Shown here one piece after another: positions 7,329 to 13,956 of a stretch of DNA of 16,046 nucleotides (positions within the stretch are counted from its first letter, which is position 1; each line of letters starts with the position of its first letter). Source of the stretch: Candidatus Thorarchaeota archaeon (GTDB taxonomy: Archaea; Asgardarchaeota; Thorarchaeia; Thorarchaeales; Thorarchaeaceae); contig PRDI01000021.1 in assembly GCA_003345595.1 (NCBI GenBank), forward strand, positions 1 through 16,046. Reading direction: 5' to 3'. The notes below the pieces were generated by a model, which was not told where the DNA came from, searched no databases, and saw only the letters and a list, made by a program, of their open reading frames with translations. The position numbers and the translations under genes were made by a program.

Positions 7329-8084
7329 ATGAATGGACAGGAATGGCGTATTCTCATCTCTTGTACAGACGACGCCGCATTGAACTTGGCTATCGATGAG
7401 TCGCTGATCAGGAATTTGGTGAAGCGTGGAGCCCCGAGCACCATACGTGTCTGGCAGAACCGACCCTCCATCATCATAGGCCGTTCGCAGGATGCACGTG
7501 CAGAAGTGAACATTGATGTGTGCCGAAGACTGGGCATACCAGTTATTCGACGTTTCTCAGGAGGGGGCACCGTATACACTGACAAAGGCTGCTACAACTA
7601 TACTGTTGTCACTCCAACTCAGGAGATTCGCGGCCCACGAACACTTCAAGCCATGCACGGATTCATCTGCTCTGCAATAATGAATGTAATCTCTCGCTTC
7701 GGCTCCACCCCGTTGCTCATTCCCCCTTCAAGCATTTTCGTGCTAGGACGGAAGGTTTCCGGTTCCGCTCAATACCTCCTGCACGATTGTCTACTCCAGC
7801 ACGGCACTCTGCTGGTTGACTCGAATCTTGGGGTATTGCGGTCAGTTCTTTCACGAAACGGTCGAATGGCTGCTCTTTTGCACTCTGTTCCGAGCACGCC
7901 AGCGCCTGTCGCAAATCTTGCTGAGCTGATAGGGCGGCATCCGAGTCGAGGAGAAGTCTATGACGCCATGATTCATGAACTGACGTCGTTGTTTGGGCAA
8001 CCTTGCAGGCGAGGCTCACTATCGAGCGCAGAAGATGAGATGGCTCGCCGCTTGCTCAGGAGCGACCACTCTGCATCAAGCTGA
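7329..8084 (+). CDS. lplA: Lipoate-protein ligase family protein (catalytic domain only), ~251 aa
   Basis: NLAIDESL, WQNRPSIIIGRSQ, RRFSGGGTVYTD, GRKVSGSAQ (catalytic Lys), QHGTLL. Start probably ATG 7329 (MNGQEWRILIS); the ORF extends upstream to 7269. Confidence 0.88.
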   Translation: MNGQEWRILISCTDDAALNLAIDESLIRNLVKRGAPSTIRVWQNRPSIIIGRSQDARAEVNIDVCRRLGIPVIRRFSGGGTVYTDKGCYNYTVVTPTQEIRGPRTLQAMHGFICSAIMNVISRFGSTPLLIPPSSIFVLGRKVSGSAQYLLHDCLLQHGTLLVDSNLGVLRSVLSRNGRMAALLHSVPSTPAPVANLAELIGRHPSRGEVYDAMIHELTSLFGQPCRRGSLSSAEDEMARRLLRSDHSASS

Positions 8085-8253
8085 CAGCAAGTCTATCGAT
8101 GGCTACGCTCTAAGCCCGACTCCGTCTGAGGAACGCTAAATACTGTCCCTGAGCCTAATAGAAACCGATTGGCGAAACGCGCGAGGTCGTTCTTCCGCCG
8201 CTAGTACTGTGACCCCGGCGAATAGCGTGTCAGATGTATATGGAGGACAGTGC

Positions 8254-11200
8254 ATGAACAAATCCTCAATCCATTGCAGTCATGTGCCGAACGTCGGTCT
8301 GGGATACAAACCCGTTGCAGCTCTCCTCAGGGTTGCTTTGCTCGCAATCGCGGCACTACTGATATTGATGCCGGTTTCGGGGCCGGTCACGTCCTCACCA
8401 GACATCGTGAGTGAGCCCGTTCTTGTGAACGAAACATTCTCCGAGGCATCGAACTTCATCAGGATGAGCCTTCCTTATCCTGTCAAATCAATCGCTGTGG
8501 GTACAACATCACAGGGGTCTGGTATCGCCTACGTGCACGGGGATCTTCTCAGGTTCAAGAACCCTGTTAGCTTGGCTGATGATTCGGTGTTCATTGGCAC
8601 GGAAACTGTGCTACATCGAACTCTAACCAGCGCGGACATGGATGGTGATGGTCACTCTGAGTTTCTAATAATGAAGTTCGGCCTGCTGCCTGCTTCTTGC
8701 CTAGTGGTCGACTTCGATAACCATTCTTCTAAGGAATTCAGTTGCCCGGTGGCTGACCCGATTGAGATTCTCACAGGGGATTTCGATGGGAATGGCGTGA
8801 CTGACTTCGCAGTCTACAATGTGGGTAGTCTTGTTATCATGAACATGACTGATGGCAGTCTAATGCTGAGCTACAACTTCCTTGGCGACGTGGTCCGGGC
8901 ATGTGTGGGCAATTTCACATTAAACCCGGGTGACGAGATAGCAGTCCTGTACAACGCCGTATTCGGTCTAGCTGTCATGACTTTCAGTGGCCTTGGACCC
9001 ATCGGATCCGACTCTATGGGCCTAGTTGTTGGTTGTGACATTGCCACATTCCATTATGGTGCCGGGTTCGATGATATCGCAGTCACCTTTGTCGATGCTA
9101 CCGGCACCGGCGATCCGAGTTACCTGAAAACATACTACGGGGATCTGACAGAGATATACACAGTAGGCAATCCTAGTTCAACGGGGGCTGCCTTTGTCAA
9201 GACGGGTTACTTCAATGGTGACTCACAGGAGGACTTGGCCGTCTTGTCCAGGACAAGGGCGCTTGCATGGTTCGCAGACGGAAATGATGGGTCAACAGTG
9301 AGAACCTCTGTTGAGGAGTACTATGGAGCTAACTGGAGAGCATTCGCCACTGCGATACTCGACTCTGACAACTACACTGATGTCGCAGTTGAAGGGCCTC
9401 GCAGTCAGCTCTCACTGATAAGAGGAGTCAATGGTGAAACAGGATATGAGGAACCAAGGTCACCCGGGCCGTTCGCGCAGGTCTTGACGTATGACATTGA
9501 CAGCGATGGCAGAAGCGACATCGTGGCTCTTACCGACCAGATCACTATTCTGCTAAGCGATATTCAGGCCCCATCAGTCAGTCTCGAACCTCTCTATCCT
9601 GCCCATCCTACATTCTATGATAGCTACGTCAAAATTGAGTTAACGGCTACAGACGAATTGGAGGTCAGAGGTGCAATTATCTACATCAAACCCGCAGGCG
9701 CCATTCTGACCATGACTTATCAGGCGCACGAGATGGTCAAAGCACCAAACGGAAGGTACCTATTCATCATGGCAGGTCTTCAACCAAGCGATTTCGATTA
9801 CTACATAGAGGTGACAGATCCTTACCTGAATACCTACTCCTACGGTAACGAATCAAACCCTAACACCCTTACTGTGGAGGGCCATTTCGCTTGGGGGCAC
9901 TTCTTCAATACCACAATAGAGCAGGGCCAGACGCATGCGCTAGCTTTGGGAAACAATTCGGCAGGAGAACAGCTACTACTAGCGATGACGCTGGAGCCTA
10001 CACTGGGCACAGCTACTCTGCGAGTCTTCAGTACACAGGGTACAGAAGTCACACAGGCAGAGATTCTCAGCTCGTCACGGGACTTCAAGTTCGAAGTCTA
10101 CTCGGGTATGCTTGATGCAGACAACATTCTGGATCCGGTGGTAATAGGATACAATGCAACGCACACTAGGCTCTGGGTTCTCCATGGAAACAATATGACC
10201 TTCTGGAGGAGCGACATGCAGTCGGTTCCGTCTACTACGATGAACAACGGCTTGCTGGTATTCGACGACGACGAGGACCAGACGGACGAGATTCATTACG
10301 TGGGGACCAATGTAACAGCGTATTTCCTCATGAGGGCTGATGACGGCTTCTCCTCATGGGTCAATGCTACTCTTCCTGGCAATTCCTCCATCGTTGGAGC
10401 AGCTTGTGCCTCAATCTACGCTCTTCGCCCCCAGATAGGAGTACTCAGGGGTGACAAGAAGCTGGACATCTACCAAGCGTACAATGTGACTTGGTTGAGA
10501 ACCTTGGATTACTCTTCACCGGGGTCTACTCCGAATGATCTTCCCATGATGATTACGACATACCACAATTCAAGCCGTCCAACAGACCAATTCCTGACAG
10601 TCTATGGGGGATGGGTGCTTGACACACCTGTGACATACATGTGCCTCGTCGGCAGTGAAACATCGACTGTGGGGGACGATTCTTCCCACACAATCTTGGG
10701 ACGCCATTTGAGTATGGTTGCACTCTACGACATGGATACTGATTATACAGATGAGCTACTGTTCTTCGACAACGTCGGCAATGTTTCTTTGTTTGACTTC
10801 TCCTATGCCGAGATCAGGCGGTGGACTGTCTTCGTGAGCGAAGCCGGGCCTCTGAGTAGTGCCTTACTGGATTACGATGGCGATGGTTCGGACGAGTTCC
10901 TGATATCGACATCGGACGACAAGCTCACTGCTATTGGACTTGGCGGTGTTCAGGACTATCAGGCCGCCGCAGGCATGTTGTTCAACATGATCAACATCGG
11001 CAATGTCGACCCAGGTTTGGGTGAAGATCTCGCAGCATTTCCTATTCTGAGGGCTAGAAGTACTCTGGGAGCAGTAAGGAACATAGAACTCTTCTACGTC
11101 CTAGAGGTCGGCTTTGGGCTTGAGTCCAGCGTCATCCTCCAAGGCACGAACCTTTGGGCGAACACCACTGTCCTGAACGTTTTCCACGAGCCAGTATCCG

Positions 11201-13863
11201 ACGCCTTTGTGTCATTGACCGCACAGTACAGGTATGGTGCTGGTATTTCGGAACAGAGCTTGGGGTCCATCTACGACAACTCCTCGCATCGATACTCTTC
11301 AATCATCTCGCCCAACTGGCCGATTGGCATGGTCAACATGTCCCTCGCAATCAGCCATGAATACTATGACTCATACTCTGCCAGCTTTGTCAATGCCTTG
11401 AAAGTGGTGAGCCCCTTGACCGTTTCCCTATTCGCCGACTCACAGGTTCAACAAGGTGAGGATCTGCCGGTGAACGCCTCGGTTACAGATTCTCTCGGAG
11501 GAAGAGTCACAGATGCGGAAGTCAACGTGACCCTGGATGGCATTATGTATCCGGCGTACTACAACGAAGAGTTCTACCATGTCATACTGACAAACATCAC
11601 TCTGGCGCCGGGAAACCACAATCTTGCTGCAAGTGCAGACCATCCGTACTCTGTTGGAATTGCAAACAGGGCTCGAACCTTCTCTGTGTTCGCGTCAGCA
11701 CTCATCATCGTTAGGAATTCACCATCATTAGTAGAGCAACACTCATCCTTCGCCATTGAGTTGAGCATCGCAGACCTCTACGGACACCCCATAGTTGGCG
11801 CAAGTGTAATGATTGATTTTGGCATCCTCAAGATCCCGATGTCGCAAACAGGTCCTGGCTTGTACTTGCTGAATCATACAGCCGATATGCCTGTTGGCAA
11901 CTACACGTGTGAGGTCCAGGTCAATCACCCGTTTATTGAAGCAGGCAGCTTCGATTCTTTCAGCATCGGCGTGATTGGCAATCTCAACCCGGTTGTGCGA
12001 TATGAGGGCTCTGTCGAGCAGGGTTCGTTCTTCAACGTTTCAGTGTTTGTGTACGATGGCTACGGGACTATACCAGCCGGGGCTAACGTCACTATCGAAG
12101 CAGGCGGCTTCATCTATCGCGCCAATTCCTCAGGCAGCGCGGAGTTCAAAGCTACCGTCCTTGCCGACTTCCCAATTGGCCCCAACAGCTTCACTGTCTT
12201 CGTTCAGGCCACATTCGGTCATATGACTTCAGTGTCCTGCGGGATAGAAACTAGAAGTCGTGCCGTGGCAACCGTTCTCACTCCCGTTCTTGGCGGGTCA
12301 TACGTTCAAGGGGACGATGACATAGCATTTGCATTGGATGTGGCCGATAGTCTTGGGAACGCTGTAACACAAGCCTACGTCAGGATTCTCATCAGCGAAA
12401 CCACCTACATGCTGACTGACCATCTCAATGGTACGTACACGGCTATCGTCACAACGTCCGGTTGGGCACCGGGGAACTACAGTTACGTAGTCTTTCTGAC
12501 ACGCGACTTTCTCGACTATACTGATCCCATAGGCGGAAATGTTACAATCCAAGGCAAAATCACGCTTGACATCACTCTTTCAACTTCATCTCCTGAGCAG
12601 AACACGACAGTCACAGTTACAGTGCGTGTTGCTGATTGGTATGCACATTCGATCTCAGGTGCATACGTAACCTTGGAGTTCGGGGGCACAACAAGGGTTG
12701 TTCCTGAAACGTCCACACCTGGCCTCTATGAAATGGAAGTTGACGTCGGATTCATTCCTCATGGTCAACATAACCTTACGCTCTGCGCAGAGCACCTGCT
12801 CTGCAGGCGGGCGAACAGCACACTGTTGTTGCAGGTTACTGTAAAGGCGCCCCAGATTGCCATGAACACACAGACCTTCATGTTTGGGTCCGGCTTGTCA
12901 TTCTTGGTCAGCTTCGTTGGTCTACTGATCTACTTCAGAATCTCGTCGTCACTAGCAGTTGTCGATGTCAGCAGCAAAGCCATGGTGAAAAGCATCCGTA
13001 GGATGGATGTGCTTTACGGGGCCATTGTTGGTCTCGGAGGGCTAACGCTCGTGCATTCCTACGTGTCAGCACAGGCAGGAGATTTCGGGCTGGCGCTGGG
13101 TGAGAGCGTGCTACTGCTCGGTATCTCTGTACTTCTGTACGGGATCTGGCTATACAGAGATGCGAACTACGCGATCATCCAAGCCAAGAAACTCAGCAAG
13201 AAGAGGATGATAGCTGGCCTGTGGCACCTGATATTCGTCCCGCTCGTCATCGCGCAGATATTCGTGTGGGGCGGACGCATCGAATGGTTCCAGTACTGGG
13301 TGCTCGAGTCGACTTTCAACCTGGGATCTGTCGCCATACCTATGATAATGCTGACAATCTTTGCGACCTATGTTTCATCCATAGGCATAGTAGTCGTGAA
13401 CCTGTACAGGGAGATAAGAAACAGCCTAACACGACTTGAACGGATGGCAGGCGCCGGGACTCCCCCCGCAGTCGTCGCGGAGGAACGTCTGCAGCTCGTA
13501 GGGAGGTTGGGGTCTTCAATCCGCATCAAGTTCTTCATGTTCCTCGTGATTCTTGCAGGGACAACAGTCATGACCATGGAATTCCTGAGAAGCTACTCTC
13601 TCGGCGTCATCGTCCTCATGCCAGTGGTGTTCTTGATCTTGATTCCATACGTGTCGTCAAAGATGCTGAAAGGAGCTTCGAGAGTTTCGGGCAAGATGCG
13701 AGAGAGAAGGCCGACTGCTGGCCCTTCACTAACAGAAGTGGCCGACAGTGTCACCGAAGTGTCCGGACGAGTCGAGAAGGAATCGTATGAACCCCCGGAC
13801 AAGGCAGTCTCCGGAACAGACATGGACTGGAAACCGGGCGAAGAATCGGACGAAGAGAAGTAG
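8254..13863 (+). CDS. Large surface glycoprotein: signal/anchor, FG-GAP/VCBS-like propeller regions, Ig-like repeats, C-terminal 7-TM domain, ~1869 aa
   Basis: ATG 8254 follows GGAGG. Hydrophobic N-terminal stretch VALLAIAALLILM. Many DxDxDGxxD/E motifs and six ~95-aa beta-rich repeats. Seven hydrophobic segments at ~12877-13655, then a charged tail. Confidence 0.85.
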   Translation: MNKSSIHCSHVPNVGLGYKPVAALLRVALLAIAALLILMPVSGPVTSSPDIVSEPVLVNETFSEASNFIRMSLPYPVKSIAVGTTSQGSGIAYVHGDLLRFKNPVSLADDSVFIGTETVLHRTLTSADMDGDGHSEFLIMKFGLLPASCLVVDFDNHSSKEFSCPVADPIEILTGDFDGNGVTDFAVYNVGSLVIMNMTDGSLMLSYNFLGDVVRACVGNFTLNPGDEIAVLYNAVFGLAVMTFSGLGPIGSDSMGLVVGCDIATFHYGAGFDDIAVTFVDATGTGDPSYLKTYYGDLTEIYTVGNPSSTGAAFVKTGYFNGDSQEDLAVLSRTRALAWFADGNDGSTVRTSVEEYYGANWRAFATAILDSDNYTDVAVEGPRSQLSLIRGVNGETGYEEPRSPGPFAQVLTYDIDSDGRSDIVALTDQITILLSDIQAPSVSLEPLYPAHPTFYDSYVKIELTATDELEVRGAIIYIKPAGAILTMTYQAHEMVKAPNGRYLFIMAGLQPSDFDYYIEVTDPYLNTYSYGNESNPNTLTVEGHFAWGHFFNTTIEQGQTHALALGNNSAGEQLLLAMTLEPTLGTATLRVFSTQGTEVTQAEILSSSRDFKFEVYSGMLDADNILDPVVIGYNATHTRLWVLHGNNMTFWRSDMQSVPSTTMNNGLLVFDDDEDQTDEIHYVGTNVTAYFLMRADDGFSSWVNATLPGNSSIVGAACASIYALRPQIGVLRGDKKLDIYQAYNVTWLRTLDYSSPGSTPNDLPMMITTYHNSSRPTDQFLTVYGGWVLDTPVTYMCLVGSETSTVGDDSSHTILGRHLSMVALYDMDTDYTDELLFFDNVGNVSLFDFSYAEIRRWTVFVSEAGPLSSALLDYDGDGSDEFLISTSDDKLTAIGLGGVQDYQAAAGMLFNMINIGNVDPGLGEDLAAFPILRARSTLGAVRNIELFYVLEVGFGLESSVILQGTNLWANTTVLNVFHEPVSDAFVSLTAQYRYGAGISEQSLGSIYDNSSHRYSSIISPNWPIGMVNMSLAISHEYYDSYSASFVNALKVVSPLTVSLFADSQVQQGEDLPVNASVTDSLGGRVTDAEVNVTLDGIMYPAYYNEEFYHVILTNITLAPGNHNLAASADHPYSVGIANRARTFSVFASALIIVRNSPSLVEQHSSFAIELSIADLYGHPIVGASVMIDFGILKIPMSQTGPGLYLLNHTADMPVGNYTCEVQVNHPFIEAGSFDSFSIGVIGNLNPVVRYEGSVEQGSFFNVSVFVYDGYGTIPAGANVTIEAGGFIYRANSSGSAEFKATVLADFPIGPNSFTVFVQATFGHMTSVSCGIETRSRAVATVLTPVLGGSYVQGDDDIAFALDVADSLGNAVTQAYVRILISETTYMLTDHLNGTYTAIVTTSGWAPGNYSYVVFLTRDFLDYTDPIGGNVTIQGKITLDITLSTSSPEQNTTVTVTVRVADWYAHSISGAYVTLEFGGTTRVVPETSTPGLYEMEVDVGFIPHGQHNLTLCAEHLLCRRANSTLLLQVTVKAPQIAMNTQTFMFGSGLSFLVSFVGLLIYFRISSSLAVVDVSSKAMVKSIRRMDVLYGAIVGLGGLTLVHSYVSAQAGDFGLALGESVLLLGISVLLYGIWLYRDANYAIIQAKKLSKKRMIAGLWHLIFVPLVIAQIFVWGGRIEWFQYWVLESTFNLGSVAIPMIMLTIFATYVSSIGIVVVNLYREIRNSLTRLERMAGAGTPPAVVAEERLQLVGRLGSSIRIKFFMFLVILAGTTVMTMEFLRSYSLGVIVLMPVVFLILIPYVSSKMLKGASRVSGKMRERRPTAGPSLTEVADSVTEVSGRVEKESYEPPDKAVSGTDMDWKPGEESDEEK
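8620..11040 (+). repeat. FG-GAP/VCBS-like Ca-binding repeats (protein level), in two groups
   Basis: Group 1: DMDGDGHSE, DFDGNGVTD, NFTLNPGDE, YFNGDSQED, LDSDNYTD, DIDSDGRSD. Group 2: LDADNILD, DDDEDQTDE, DMDTDYTDE, DYDGDGSDE, NVDPGLGED. An Ig-like segment (~9559-9880) separates the groups. Confidence 0.75.
11100..12850 (+). repeat. Six tandem Ig-like (Big-1-like) repeats (protein level)
   Basis: Motif xQG...V(T/A)DxxGxxVxxAxV recurs at 11170, 11482, 11767, 12049, 12340 and 12628 (spacing 282-312 nt). Confidence 0.75.
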
Positions 13864-13923
13864 ACGACTCGACTGGCACTCCTGCAGCCCCGTGCCAAGC
13901 ATGGCATTTCTTCTACCGAGCAG

Positions 13924-13930
13924 TTAATAT
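13924..13930 (+). promoter_or_regulatory. Possible TATA box for a leaderless transcript
   Basis: TTAATAT about 27-30 nt upstream of GTG/ATG 13954/13957, with no SD visible. Confidence 0.35.
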
Positions 13931-13956
13931 CTGGTCTATCGTCTAGAAACCTCGTG

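Noticed and set aside
8170-8200. Possible structured RNA upstream of the large gene (GGCG...CGCC)
   Set aside because: Weak, imperfect stem with no recognisable tRNA, riboswitch or sRNA motif.
12784-12804. CAEHLLC resembling the GPS autoproteolysis motif (CxCxHL/T) just before TM1
   Set aside because: No Thr/Ser nucleophile after HL. The His aligns with the same position in other Ig repeats (ISHEYY, ADHPYS, VNHPFI).
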